Program-made: the position numbers and the translations under genes
Source: Strigamia acuminata
Taxonomy: Eukaryota
Direction of reading: 5' to 3'
Assembly: GCA_949358305.1 (NCBI GenBank)
Contig: OX442314.1
Span: 4,836,001-4,900,000, forward strand
DNA: 64,000 bases
Notes under the pieces: model-generated
Seen by the model: only the letters and a program-made list of their open reading frames with translations
Database searches by the model: none
Told to the model about the DNA's origin: nothing
Shown: piece after piece, positions 36,797-50,000 of the stretch
Layout of the letters: each line of letters starts with the position of its first letter
Numbering within the stretch: position 1 is the stretch's first letter

Positions 36797-38739
36797 TATC
36801 ATAATGGACCTCGTTTAAATCGATGATTATTCGAAAGCACAAACGGGCTTTGTCGCCGTGCCGGAGGGCCGGATTCCTGGAACGTCGCATTTGTCGAGAA
36901 TGTTTTCATTAATCAAGAACAGAAATTAAATCCTACACATATTTCATTACAAATTTAATTTCACAAATTTTAACACCAGATGGACACACCGGTTGTCATT
37001 GTTGGTGGCAGCAGGGAAACCATTTTATGATTTTATTTAAATTTTGGATTTGTCTACCAAAAACACGTATAAAAACGTAAAATCAAGCGAAAGATAGTTT
37101 CCCCGAATTCCCGTAGCGATTTCGAGGCTTGTCGAACTCAAAACAAAATGGCGGCTAAGCTCGATCTAAGTGGCCGTCACGAATAATTCGTATTTAAGAA
37201 ATTGTTTTTGTCTAAGGGGTTTTTATTGTTTGGTTTAGTTTCACTTAGTTTTATTTTTTCTACCGGTTCGTGCAATTCGATGTTGCAAGTTGCAATAATT
37301 TGATTTGAGATGAATTTTGATGATGAGGTGGCGGCGTGGTGGCAGTGCGCACTTTCTTTTTCTCTTCATCCACATATCGAATTTGTGGTACTTTGCAAGC
37401 GCCTTCTCTTGAATACTGACTACAAATGCCTCGCCAATATGAGATGAATAAATATTTCCCACTGCGAACTCCAACCGATCATATTTGCATTGAAAAACTG
37501 CCAAAAAAACACACCCAAAACCCCCAAATAAAACCCAAAAACAAAAACAAAGCACATCTGCATACCTAATTATGCTAAACGCGAATCTCACGCGACAATT
37601 TCTGACGTCATTAAACGGATCGATGCGAACCTCGCCCAGAGTGCAGAGTAGCGACACCCGTGGCGAAGCGCGCAAGCCGACGTAACAAGTCGCGGCTCGC
37701 TGCAGCACATCGACGGCAGCTTCCGATGATTCCGGACGATTTGCGACGAGTGCGTCCAAATGTGATGATCCGAGACGCGGTTTGATGAAACGAACCGAAC
37801 CCCGAGTAGGTAAGTACGTGACATTTGCTTAATCCATCAGCGCTTTGCTCCTCGCCCACTAAACCCAACCACACGGCGCTCGCGCACGAAATCGAGGCCG
37901 ATAGCGACCACGAGCACCAGCCGAAGCCGGCCAAGGCCGCGCGGCTCCCGCGATTAGGCTTAACGCCTTAAACCTCGTGTTATTCACGTTTTGTTTGTTT
38001 AATTCGCGCTTCGAAAAAAATCGGGCGGCCAAACCAGGTGAAAACACGCGCGGGGGAACTCGTGGGAGCGTCGTAGGTCGTTAGGCTTATTTGCGTTAGC
38101 CTCATTTGCGTGTTTTTAATGTTGGCAGTTAAATAGTGAAACGGCCTCTGCCGACATTAGGACGCATATTTGTGCCGACTGCGTGTAGTGTTGTCGGCGC
38201 GGCATATTTCGCCCTGTCTGTCGTGTTGTGTCGCCGGATTTATTGATCAATCATTGTAATGTGGGCAATGTATAATGAAGCGTCGTTTTAATTGACGAAT
38301 TATTCAAACACGGGGCGCCCGACTCGCTCAATTATTTATTTATTCGGCCGCCATTTTGCGATTGTTGCGAACACAAAACAATAACAACAATAACAAAGAT
38401 GGCGGGGTTGGAATGTCGTTTGGTCGATTTTTGGCGGATAAGACGAGATTAATCGCGATAGATTACACGGATCAATGGGCCAAGTGAGTCAGTGAGCTGA
38501 ATTTCAATTGTTTTGTCAACAGTATTCGAGTCACGTGACCCGATTCAACATGTGTGATTGGCTGCATTGGGGGTCGGGTGGGGTGGGGTGGTTATTTCAA
38601 TTTGTGACCACCATTTTGGTTTATTTGGAAATCTAGCGCTTCAAAACATGAGTTTTTGTGTTGGGGCCCCATTTGGGGCCCCTCTGGTGGCCACTATAAA
38701 AAGATCACTTGAATTGATGAAGTTTAGTGGCATTGTGTT

Positions 38740-38990
38740 GGGACCCATACAGGTGATTTGGGGCCCATACAGGTGATTTGGGGCCCATACACGTGATTCG
38801 GGGCCCTTACAGGTGATTTGGGGCCCATATAGGTGATTTGGGGCCCATACAGGTGATTTGGGGCCCATACAGGTGGTTTGGGGCCCATACAGGTGATTTG
38901 GGACCCATAGAGGTGATTTGGGGCCCATAGAGGTGATTTGGGGCCCATAGAGGTTTTTTGGGGCCCATAGAGATGATTTGGGGGGCCTCT
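38740..38990. repeat. 20-bp array GGGCCCATACAGGTGATTTG
   Basis: About 12 copies. Confidence 0.95.
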
Positions 38991-41156
38991 GGTACCCACT
39001 TTGAAAAGATCTCTTTAACTGATGTAGTTTAAAAGTGTGGAATTGTGTTGGGGGCCCCATACAGGCCTTTTGGGGGCCTCTGATACCCATTATGAAAGAC
39101 CTCTTTGGCGAGTAATTTTAATTGATGGATTGATGCAGTTAAAAAGTGTGGAATTGTGATTGGGTTTAGTGAAAATCCATTGTTTTAGGATGTTTACAAA
39201 TTAAACACAAGCTGAATATGCAAATAGGGTGGTGTGCAACATACTTGTTGTTGTGCCTCAGCAGAATCTGATTAAGTGGGCAAAAGGCGGATGAACGGTG
39301 AGTTTCGGCAAGGGTTTCGATAGTGGTCTGGTTTGTCGAACTGCACTTGCACTTACCGTGGAGATGGTCAAGCTTGTTGCACACAAAGGAAATAAAGCGG
39401 CGATATTTCGGTACCGTGTTGTAAATTACTTTTGTTAGTGAGTTTGGTTATTGTTTACTTGCTTGATTTTAACGTTATTTTTGGTGCATATTATATGCGC
39501 ATATAACGAAATTTATTTTGCATATATATCTGGGGTCTAGTTATTAGGCTTAATGTCGGGCTTAGGTCTAGCTGCGTTCGAAAATAAAAATAACAATTTT
39601 AGTTTAAGTGTATTTTAAGTTTTAACGCGGGTTTGAACAGGAAATGATGTCATTTTTGGTTTAAAATTGAAGTAAAACACAAAATATTTTAGTTAAGTAA
39701 CGACGATAGTTGGGAAATGATGCGCAGTATGAATTTGGCATCAAGATACCAAATAGGAACTGTCGGTGTTGCTTTCGCAGGAAATCCGCCGATATGGAAA
39801 CTAGGCTTTACTCTAAAATCTACGGACCACTGCGCAGGGGTCGACAAACACCGGTCGCCATGGCGCCTGACAATTTATACCTGGCGCCTGAATTTCTTAG
39901 CTCGCATTTACAAAATAGATACGCCGGCTCCTGAGAAAAAAGGACCAGCTCCTGAATTGTTTTTAGTTTTGTCGATCTTCGCTATAACAGTAAAATTGGT
40001 TCTTCTTCTATGGCCAATCCCTCCCTTGTCCAGACACTAATTTAGTGACTTCCCCTGGTGTCAGTTTTTGGCGAAGTCCTCAGTTTTCCGAACGCAAGCA
40101 TCCGTACAAGATAAGTGTCTTAGAAAAAATGCAAAACTTTATACGTATCGTTAAAAAAAAGACACAATTTTTAATTTTTTCCCGGAAAATTGGCGATTTA
40201 TGCATTTATTTCTGATTTTTGGAAATTATGCATTTATAGCCAATTTCGGCTTTTTATTGAATAAAAATAATTCCTAGCATAAAATTGGTTCTTTCGGGGA
40301 TGCCCGGTTGGCCGTATGGTCAATCCCTCCCTTTTCCGGCCCGTATTTACACTTTACGCTCAAATTAAATTGTCATTATGTTGAATAAGATTTATTTGTG
40401 CATCCTGAGCCAGACTGTTTGTATATGAAGGTGTGTGGGCAAAGTTGATTCAGGACTACAGCAGCTGTCATTACTGGCGTGGCAAGATAATAGGAAGAGG
40501 GAAAGGTTAACTAGATGCTGTAGCTGCTCATGTTAGTCAATACAGCCATCAAGAGTGTTGGCCAATGCACCTTTAATAAATAGTAAGCTCTGGTGGGCAG
40601 TGCTGACAGGGCTGAATCATTACTCAATGCTGATGCCTCAGTGTTGATTTAAAAAAAATTGTTTCTCTGCTTTGATTGGTCCTTGGGCTTTTCCTGTCAT
40701 TAGTTCAATTGAATCCCAACAATTCAGGACTAACTTACTGCAACACAAAACCTCATCATCTTGAAATTGATCTTGATACTCTTTGACTTCTATTTGTGGG
40801 ACCGAGAGGAAAATTCGTTGAAATAACACATCGAAAGCCGAAAGCTGTGACGGCAGCCACCTGCCCAAAAGATGGGTGATTAGCCTTTTATTTGGGCACC
40901 TTTAGTCGTAGGTACATTTGAAATTCGTTTAGGCTAAGCATTTGATGATTTTATTATGAGTTTCTATGATGACATTTATGTATGAGCACCACTTGGCGCA
41001 CTGTGTTAATGCTGTAATTTTACGGAACCACTTCCGGTTTTACGCTAACGCGTCCCTTTTCTTCAAATTCACTTAAATTTTTCGATATTCATTAGATTTG
41101 ATCGAAGAAGGACCGGATTAAAATTTGGGGTGTTTTAATCGTTCGGTATCGATGAC

Positions 41157-41841
41157 TAAGCCTGCTATTTTTGCGGAATTAAAACAGTGAAATTGTGGGT
41201 GGAAAGCGGCATTAAAAAACGGCATTTTGCGGACTTATGGCGGACCTATTGCGGGCTCATCCGGAAAATTTTTGACCAAAATTTCAAGGTTTTAAAGGAA
41301 ATTTGAAGTTTTTACAGGAAATTTGAAGTTTTTAAAGGAAATTTGAAGTTTTTAAAGGAAATTTGAAGTTTTTAAAGGAAATTTGAAGTTTTTAAAGGAA
41401 ATTTGAAGTTTTTAAAGGAAATTTGAAGTTTTTAAAGGAAATTTGAAGTTTTTAAAGGAAATTTGAAGTTTTTAAAGGAAATTTGAAGTTTTTAAAGGAA
41501 ATTTGAAGTTTTTAAAGGAAATTTGAAGTTTTTAAAGGAAATTTGAAGTTTTTAAAGGAAATTTGAAGTTTTTAAAGGAAATTTGAAGTTTTTAAATAAC
41601 TTATTATGTGATACGGTATCATGCAATACGCACGTTCACTCGATTTTTGTAACAAACCCCCCAAAATTGGCAAATTGCGGATTTTCCGCAAATTGCGGCA
41701 TTACGGTCCGATTGCGGCAATTGCGGACTAAAAAATACCTCTAATTTCAAAAATTTTGTTGTCAAAATGCTCTATTTGCATTATCCACACTTATGACACC
41801 ATTTAGGAGAAGTTTTATTTTTCGCAAAAATAGCAGCTTTA
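41157..41841. mobile_element. hAT-type MITE containing a 20-bp tandem array
   Basis: TIRs TAAGCCTGCTATTTTTGCG / CGCAAAAATAGCAGCTTTA. 8-bp TSD TCGATGAC / TCGATGTC (7 of 8 match). About 15 copies of AAGGAAATTTGAAGTTTTTA at ~41292-41596. Confidence 0.8.
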
Positions 41842-43931
41842 TCGATGTCGATAGTTTCCGGACAATGGATCTGTTTAAAATTGAAGTAAAACTCAAAATA
41901 TTTTAGTTTTTGAATGCAGCTACTGATTTCAATATACAACCTAATGCACAAAAGTTGGCAATACGGTGTACGGTGCTTCCATTAATCGTGTTTTATGTTA
42001 TAAATATTAAATTATCGGAAAAGCCGCAGAAGACGGGAGAAAAAGACGAGCAAAATCCTTGAATAACGGAAAAAGTTGTTTTAGAAATTGTTTGCGAAAG
42101 ATTACTTTTGCCGTAGGTCATAAAAAGGGAATTGTTGAATGCATATACATTTCAGGATTTGATATATGTGCACAATATGGGTATGTTGTGTCGTAAAATT
42201 AGAAAAGAAAAGTTAAAAAAATTGTGCTCCGGCATTGGTGAATTTGGCGACGAGTTGAATTTGCAATGACACGGCTGATTCAATAGCTGTCATTCACAGA
42301 TCGCGGCGCTGCTAGTTGTGAGCGCCTGCATGTGAATGTTGGAAAAGAAATCTCCAACTTTCATTGGCTTTTGCGTTTTCTTCGGTCGATGCTATTTCAA
42401 ATGCGTTTGCAGGTATCGCTTTCTTTCGCCGGTCTTCTTTCCGGTCACCGCTATCGGAGCGATAAGATAACAATTGTCCAATTTTACTCGATCACGCGCG
42501 AGTCTCGTTTGAAAATCCATAGAAATAAAGTCGCCAGAGGATTAAGGAGTCGCTCAAAACATTTGTGGGCAGCGACAATTTGATTGGCTCAAATGGTCAT
42601 GCGATTGACCTAGGTCAATCGGATTGCTCAAAGACAAATTTTGTCGATAGTTGTGTAGCAGCCACTTGATTGGACCTAACTATATAAGGACTTCGTCGAC
42701 GGATGTCATTTAGTGTCGACAAGTTGTGTTTACACCATTTGGGGCTTCTGGGCGTAGTGAGACTTCGGGGACCTAATTCTACAGTTTAGTATAAAAGCTA
42801 AATACCTTAATAAATATGTAAGGTTTTTAATTTATAGATGAAGTAATAATCGTAAACAGAGGGTTAATTTTTGTATTTTTGCAAAGTAGAAACAACATTC
42901 ATACATATTTTTATAAATTTGAGGCTATTAAAAATCGGAGACCAAATACAATTGTGCCAAGTAGCGCGTATTCAAATGGACATAACTTCTGGCCCATTTA
43001 AGTTAAAAAATTTTTTTTTAAATAAAGCCCAATGTTTGTTCTTTAAGCTACATTTATTTGGTTTGATTAGAAGCATTTTTTAGGGTTTGAATTTCACCAT
43101 TTTATTTTTTGCAACATTAAAAAATACATGCTGCCCAATACACATGGGTGCGGGTAGTCTCGTATAAATATGTTGCTTTTCTGGAGAAAAGTTCTTTGTG
43201 AACTGTATTCAGTGTTGTTAAGTTTTATGGCGAATGAGAAAAGGTTTGTTCGATAACTTGAAATCAGTAGAGCAAAATCTCTATGAAGATACTGGATGGA
43301 TAGAACCTTGAGGGGTGCAGAGCTGCAGACTTGCAGGGCCCAAAATATTTCTATGGGTTTTTAATAAAAAGCTTAATTTTCCATCGCCTAATATTTTTTT
43401 TATTATTAAAAAAATTTGACAGAGCTTATCGACATTTGTTGCCGGAAATAAGGATGTTTGGTAAATGCAAGGAATGGGTATTAGTGTCAACTGTCATTCC
43501 ATTATGAAGTCAAGCAGAATACTTGTACAGGTTAAATGTCACAGTATTACATTCTGATCAAGTTTGAATGGTTTGAATATGCAACAAAAGAAATGAAAAT
43601 GAAAATGAAAGAAAAAGTTAAATCTGAGGTTCTTCGACTGAAGGAAATTTCTAGACTTCAGTTGGAAGTTTTTGACAGCTGCATAACCTAAACCTGCACC
43701 ATTCTTTCAGGGTGCAGTTAGGATAGGTTAAGTGAGGTTAGGAGCGGTACCTTTCTGAATAATCGCTTTCCACATTTTGTCACTGCGCATGCGCAGTTGT
43801 TTTGCACCACCTGTTGGCGATATATCTTACACTTAATACTTCAAAAAACGAGCACAAACCAGTGCTGGATTGTGAAATTTTTTTTCATTTTCTATGACTC
43901 GACCTATCCAGATTTGTCGGTACTAAATTTG

Positions 43932-44219
43932 GGATCTCCATCATTTTAGCGACGCTCATTTTAGCGAAAAAGTCCCATTTTAGCGAACATGTCATTTTAG
44001 CGACACAAAAACCTAGGTTTAATTCCTAAGAAGGGCTAACAAGGGGGGGCTGCGCCCCCCCTTGACCCCCCGCGAACCTAACCTTACTGGTTTTTTTATG
44101 AAAACCACTTTTTTATCGTGTAGCGTCGCTAAAATCTTGGTTTTTGTGTCGCTAAAATGACAGTTCGCTAAAATGGGAGTTTTTGGCTAAAATGAGCGTC
44201 GCTAAAATGACGCTAACCG
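43932..44219. mobile_element. Mutator-type foldback MITE
   Basis: Arms built of CATTTTAGCG / CGCTAAAATG repeats. 9-bp TSD CTAAATTTG at 43923-43931 and 44220-44228. Confidence 0.85.
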
Positions 44220-44402
44220 CTAAATTTGTTCCTCAAGCTTCGGCTTTTGGAGGTGTCAGAGACGGCAAAAACCCTATAGCCGGTTTCTTAGTGAACTTTT
44301 CGATGTCCTACGGAGCTCAATTTTCGCTTACAGCGGAAACTCGGTTTCATCTCTTTTCTATCTTTTGGCGATTTTCTGCAATGGCAATAGGGTGATACCT
44401 TG

Positions 44403-45110
44403 CAGAGATGAACATTGGCGAAAAAACTCTACCCGTTACGCGCCCGTTACCCGTCGCCCATTAAATTTTCTTACCCTACCCTACCTTACCCGTGCCCGTA
44501 CAGACCCTACCCTATCGTACCCTACCTAACCCGATCGCAATTACGTCACGTGTTTGTGCTTTTGCGAATGAAGCATCGATCGCAAAAACATTAGATCATC
44601 CAACTTGGATGGGTCCAGCTGGTTTCGCTTCTTGGTCAGAATATTGCCGGCGTCAGAAAAATTGCATTCCGACTTTGCGCTGGACGCTGGAATGCACAAA
44701 ATTGATCGCACGGCTCTGGAGAGGATGGGAAAGAAGGTCTGTTGCGTCTTCCACCAGTATAACAGACCGTGTTCTTTGATCACGATCCTATCATTGTCCT
44801 TGCAAACGTTTACGAAATAATGGTTCAGTTCAGATTGAACCCGCTCTGCATCGATTGCGACTGCGGAATGGTTCTCCGGCTGTTCGTTGATTCCATCGCT
44901 GACGTCGTCATCGTCGCTGAACTCCGCTAACGGGCGGCGACATGGCACGTGCTGTGTCTTTGCCTTCTTGGGAGTAGGACGGATGTCTTGTGGGGTCAGC
45001 TCCGCCGGATGGGGTAAATGATCCATCATTAATGCCCGTAATTGTTCCTTGGCGTCGTCGATCTGGTCATCTGTCAGGCCAAATTTGGCCAAACGGCGCT
45101 TGCTTCGCGT
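44403..45110 (-). mobile_element. 5'-truncated hAT transposon (C-terminal dimerisation domain plus terminus)
   Basis: ORF 44541-45170 contains LLYWWKTQQTFFPILSRAVRSILCIPASSAKSECNFSDAGNILTKKRNQLDPSKLDDLMFLRS (hATC domain). CAGAGATG terminus at 44403 with TACCC-type subterminal repeats. Confidence 0.88.
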
Positions 45111-45149
45111 ACGTTTTTTTAGTCGTGTAACACGACTAAAAAAACGTAC

Positions 45150-45483
45150 CAGAACTTCTGGTGCAAACAAGGTATTACCTTTTTTGCACCAGAAGTTTTG
45201 GCCTGATATTGGCTTAAAAAGTTCAGACTAGAGCGTTCGCACCAAAGAGCAAAAATCCACATATCTAAGCTAGCATGCAGCCAATAGACAATCAACTGAC
45301 CATGTTACGCACAGAATTGACCTTGGCAGTTATCTAGTTCTTTGGCAATTATCTAGTTCACACAACTGGATTAGAATTATCTAATTTAAAAATTTTTAAA
45401 CTAGATAATTTTGGGCTAGATGCGTTAGCACCAAGAACAAAACTCTGGGCAAGCCCAAACTTTCTGGTGCGAACAAGGTATTA
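45150..45483. mobile_element. Harbinger-like MITE plus an adjacent orphan end of the same family
   Basis: TTCTGGTGC(A/G)AACAAGGTATTA occurs at ~45157-45177 and ~45462-45483, with an inverted counterpart at ~45175-45196. An internal segment recurs at ~52014-52068. Confidence 0.55.
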
Positions 45484-46229
45484 GGCCCAAAACAAGCAAC
45501 ATACGTTGAACGAGCCATGAATTTCACCAACTTAAAATTTGCTGCCTTGTAGATGTAGCGTGGGATCCTCCGTAGTCTTTGTTATAAAGTTGGCACAGCC
45601 TGTTATTGATGTATTAATTATACTAAGTGCTGTAAGTTGACAGGTCAAGTGATATGAGCTTGAGTTGAGTATGTTCTTTTTCACCCTTGGTGTAGAGAGA
45701 AAGATGTTTTTTTTCCTTCTATGTGGAAAGGAAAAATCCCAAGGCAAAGTAAAGCCTTCGGTCCCCCGGGTTGGTTTTGCATATGCTGCGTTACACGGTG
45801 CTCGACAAAGACATGTTCTCTTCTCCTGAGAAAAAAAATTCCCCATGTGGTGACAAAAGGTCTTTCATTCTTTTTTTCCTTTCATCTTAAAGTCTGCACT
45901 GTCTGTATCCACCCAATTTATGCAGGCAATTAACCTATGCTGAAATCACCTAATAATACGGAAGCGAACCGCGGCAGCCAGAAGATGGACTTTTTTTATG
46001 ACTCAAGTAAAATGGGTCTAAATTCTTACTTGCCTGTTATTGGCTACTCTGGTTGATAGAAATCCAGGAAGTAAGTGGGCAAGTGTGTATACAAAAGTGC
46101 AATCAAGTCAATGAAGTTTACTTCGTTGGTTTCGGCGAAATCCGAAAACAAGCCGGGAGAGTATGCAGTCATATATTATTTGTACTGTATTGTTCTATTA
46201 GTAATTAGCAGACCTAAGATAGGGAGGAT

Positions 46230-46333
46230 TCATCTTACTGATCACTTATTGCCATTAGAGCACAGCAGTTAAGCAGCACTGGGACTGGTCAGTACATTGA
46301 TGGATAACCAATGGGGAATCTCGGTTGTCTTTG
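46230..46333 (+). pseudogene. Degenerate 5S rRNA-derived sequence (pseudogene or SINE3 head)
   Basis: AGTTAAGCAGCACTGGGACTGGTCAGTACATTGATGGATAACCAATGGGGAATCTCGGTTG aligns by eye to the 5S internal control region and 3' half. Confidence 0.6.
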
Positions 46334-46439
46334 TTGTGATGGATTTAAGGGAATGTGTCTATGGGAAGAATGTCTACACATTTTCTCACGTTTCAATGGC
46401 TAAACAAGTAAATATCTGTAATTCATGGAAGCATTACAT

Positions 46440-46914
46440 CTTAGACTTCTAAACCCCTTCTACACTTTTATGTATAGAAATACATCTGTCCGTCTGTCCC
46501 TAAATAAAATACCAAAATAAAAGAAAATAATGTGGAGTTTTCGGGTTCGAGAAATGCACAGACGGGCGACAACAGAGGGCGTTCGGACGTAACACGTGCA
46601 TTTTGATAAGTCCGATAAAGGTTTTGTGGTTACAGCCAATCGGAGATGACCATTGATGTAATATAATAAGTCATTTCCTGTATCAGTCTGTAATAGACGG
46701 CTAAAAGTCTAGTAAAACCAGTTTATTAATTAAACCGGAGGTCGGAAAAACACGAAAAGACCTTAGGAACCTAATACAGGTGCTAGTATGCTGAGTTCAT
46801 TGCCGTTGCCCGTTTGGCTCTACCTGCTATAGTTTTTGAGATATGGATGCGGACGGACGGACGGACATGACCGTTTTAATAGACTTTCTAAACATCAGGT
46901 TTAGAAGTCTAAAA
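46440..46914. mobile_element. Two opposed Helentron-associated (DINE/HINE-like) elements
   Basis: Plus-strand copy: TTAGACTTCTAAACC, GTCY microsatellite, 3' AAAAGTCTAG followed by a stem-loop (~46703-46738). The minus-strand copy starts at 46914 with the same subterminal repeat, its inverted copy and (GTCC)n. Confidence 0.6.
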
Positions 46915-46919
46915 TGGCT

Positions 46920-47040
46920 ATTTTCAACGAAAAACGACCTTTTTCGACGAAAAACAACCTTTTTCGACGAAAAACAACCTTTTTCGACGAAAAACAACCT
47001 TTTTCGACGAAAAACGACCTTTTTCGACGAAAAACGACCA
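46920..47040. repeat. 20-bp array TTTTCGACGAAAAACAACCT
   Basis: About 6 copies. Confidence 0.9.
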
Positions 47041-50000
47041 TTTTTAGCCATTTTTCATTGCCTGATTTTTTTTTAGCTCCGGGAATACCGATTTTCCGGG
47101 AGTGCCGGTTATTTTGGTACCGGGAACCGGGAATTAAAAAAAGGTGGAAAAAAAAGAGAAACCCTAGTTGTACTGTATCTCTCTGGCAATTTGTCTCGAT
47201 TGCTATTGCGGACTCTTCGGCAGACAATAATAGAAAGTAGAAACCAATGTCTGATGCTATGGAGACTGTTTATTTTGAACTCCTAAAGATCCAAAAAGCT
47301 AACGGTGGGATTGTCAGAAAAGGGCTTCTGAAAATGTCACGGCTGCTGCCGCTAAACAAAGAAAATGGCCGAACCCGGGGAGCTCACCTAACACGTCTTT
47401 ACTAAATGGTCAATTGGAGATACAAGCGAAGAAAATAAAAAGAAACAAGTGGATTTAATGATCTGTGTTGGGATTACAAAGGCTCTAGTTTAATAAAAAA
47501 AAAGAAAACAGGATGCATTCTGGGCATTTGACCTAATTAATTGTTTGTTTCTTGAAGAATGGATGTGTGTGCATTTTCGATTTCGCTCGTTTCCCAGCAA
47601 CACATTTGCCTCCAGAGTGGGCGAGTAAATAAGTTGAATCGCGGTTTTGTGTCAAGTAGGGGGTTTTTAAAATGAATATTTAATATTTTCTTCCACTCTT
47701 TATGGTGTTGTGTGGGATGATTATTGCCTTCCTTTTGCTCGCCCAATGACATTTACTGGCAGATTACGCCAACTGGTGGCAGTAAAAAGAGAAAATTTCA
47801 TTTTTTTTAAGCGCCGAAGAGAAATGCTCTCATCTGTAACCTCGTTTAAACAAATGTGTTTTTGTTTATTCTATTTTTTTTTTTTTTTTGGGGGGGGGGA
47901 TTTTTTTGAATTCCGCCATTTTTCTTTCTTGAAAGTGACAGAAGAAGTTGATTACATTTTCGTGTTTCCAATGCAACATGATTCTTAACTTTAAAAGTGG
48001 GGGTGGGGTGGGGAGGGGTTTTTCTGACTCCAAGGGTGTGCAGTTTGTTGATGAGTTCACCTGGTGGTGGGAAATTGAATTTGGATCATGTTTTTGCCAT
48101 TTTGTAATGCTGTGTATTGGCAAGTTGTGAAGAGATGCAAAAGATTGTCAGGTTTGCATGCAGTCATCATTTATTTTGATGGTTTTTAGGCCTAATTGTG
48201 ATAATAATGAGGGTAGATGGGTCTGGTGGGGGGTTAAGTAAGGAAATGTGATTAAAGTGAGTGGAATCATCATCATTGGATTTTTTTTTATTTTTTTTTT
48301 TATTTGGGGAAAGGAAGTGTGGAATGGGTGTGTTAAAGGGGATTGTTTAGTGAATGGGTAAACTTGACAATTTATTTAAAATATTGAATAAATATGAAGT
48401 TTTGTTTTTCTTCGGGGTGCAATATTTTTATTTTTTTTTAAAGATTGATTTTTCTTGTTTGTATGTATCTTTTTCTTTTTGTTGTATTTTTAAACATGGG
48501 AGTGTGGGAAAAAACATTTTTTTGTAACAGATGTTGATGGAATTACCACCTTGAAATTTGTCAATGGACAAAAATGTTGGGGAAAGAGGAAAAAATTCAA
48601 CATATGTTTTGCTTTCATCTTTTTTTTTTGTTATTTTATTTTTTATTGTTTGCATTCTTGGAAGTACCTGCTTAGGGCTTAGTTTTTGTCTTTTCCGTAA
48701 AGCCGAATAATTTTTTTAAAAATAATTTTGGTTTATTGTTGTTTTCTGAAAAATATTTCTGTGACTGTGGAAATTCAACCTTAATTCCATTTATATTGCT
48801 TGTATAGTTTTAATGCATTATATCGAGTAATATTGCTCTTAATATCGATTAATATAGACTCGTATTATTTTAATTTTTTAATTGATGTTGCGTCTGGTCA
48901 ATCAGATGGTTTCAATGGAACCTGGAATTGGATCTAGTTCTAGAACTGGTTCCGTAATTCGAAAATGGCGGCCTGTTTGCATGTGGCAAAGTCTCGCCAA
49001 CCAGACGTGAATCGACGAGAGTTAAAGTCGATCGTGATTGGTTGGCCGCAAGACCTTTCCTTGCGTCGCGTCGCTTACTTCAACTTGGAGATGAAGCAGG
49101 AATTAGCGTCAACGTCAAGAATTTTTGGAAATAGGCCCAAGTTACACATGGACAGAGTGTAGTTACAAGTTGAAAAACAATGTTGCAACAATGGTACATT
49201 AGCAAAACTGGTCGCATTGGATTTGGCATATCCCATTTCCTAGCAATCCATCATGACATAAAAAATATCTGATTAACCGCCAACATGTTAAACGACTAAA
49301 GCGATAATCGACGGAACGGTATTTATCGCTAACTAACTATCCTCATTGGTCCATTTTGGAAAGATGCTGGTGTGATTGCTTACATGACAGATCAAATATG
49401 ACCAGTTTTAATGACCAATTTCAGAGTGCATTGCTCTTTTAATGGAAACACAATATGCAATTAGTAATCTTGCAACATTCCTTGCACTCAACGTGCAGTT
49501 CCATGGCAGTCGCATGAATTTAAACTCTCCTATTTTAATTTGCACAATTACACTTCATTGCACTGAGTGAAGGATGAGACAGAAGCAATTTATCTACTGG
49601 TCTGTGCATAATACAGCAAGCTGATTCTGCTGATGCCATCATTTTATTGAGTTTGAGTCCAACTGGCAAAATCAAATCATATTCATTGAATTTCAAACCG
49701 ACTCTGATGTACAGCGCTTTAATGCGATTTCAATATGTTATCGGCAATTTCAAACCGCCTGTTGGAAATGTGGTATTAGGAATCACAGCTTTGATGTTTT
49801 TTCTCTTCTGTAATTTGTTTACAAGTGTAGAAACAAATAAAAGAGAAAAAAGGAGGCTTGGGAGGAGATGATGGGAAAATATGGAGAAGATTAGTTCAAT
49901 GTGTGCCTGTAGCCACAAGTAAGACCGAACAAGTGCCAGAAAGGAAAGATTGTCATCACTGCTGGAATTTTGCCCATCCAGGGAGACCTTTTGTTTCCAT

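Noticed and set aside
38641..39090. ORFs with GPKSP/WAPNHLY repeats, and a CRISPR-like appearance
   Set aside because: Head-to-tail 20-bp repeat without unique spacers, in a eukaryotic context with no cas genes.
42400..42840. Possible solo LTR (TATA-like and AATAAA motifs)
   Set aside because: No definable TG...CA ends or TSD.
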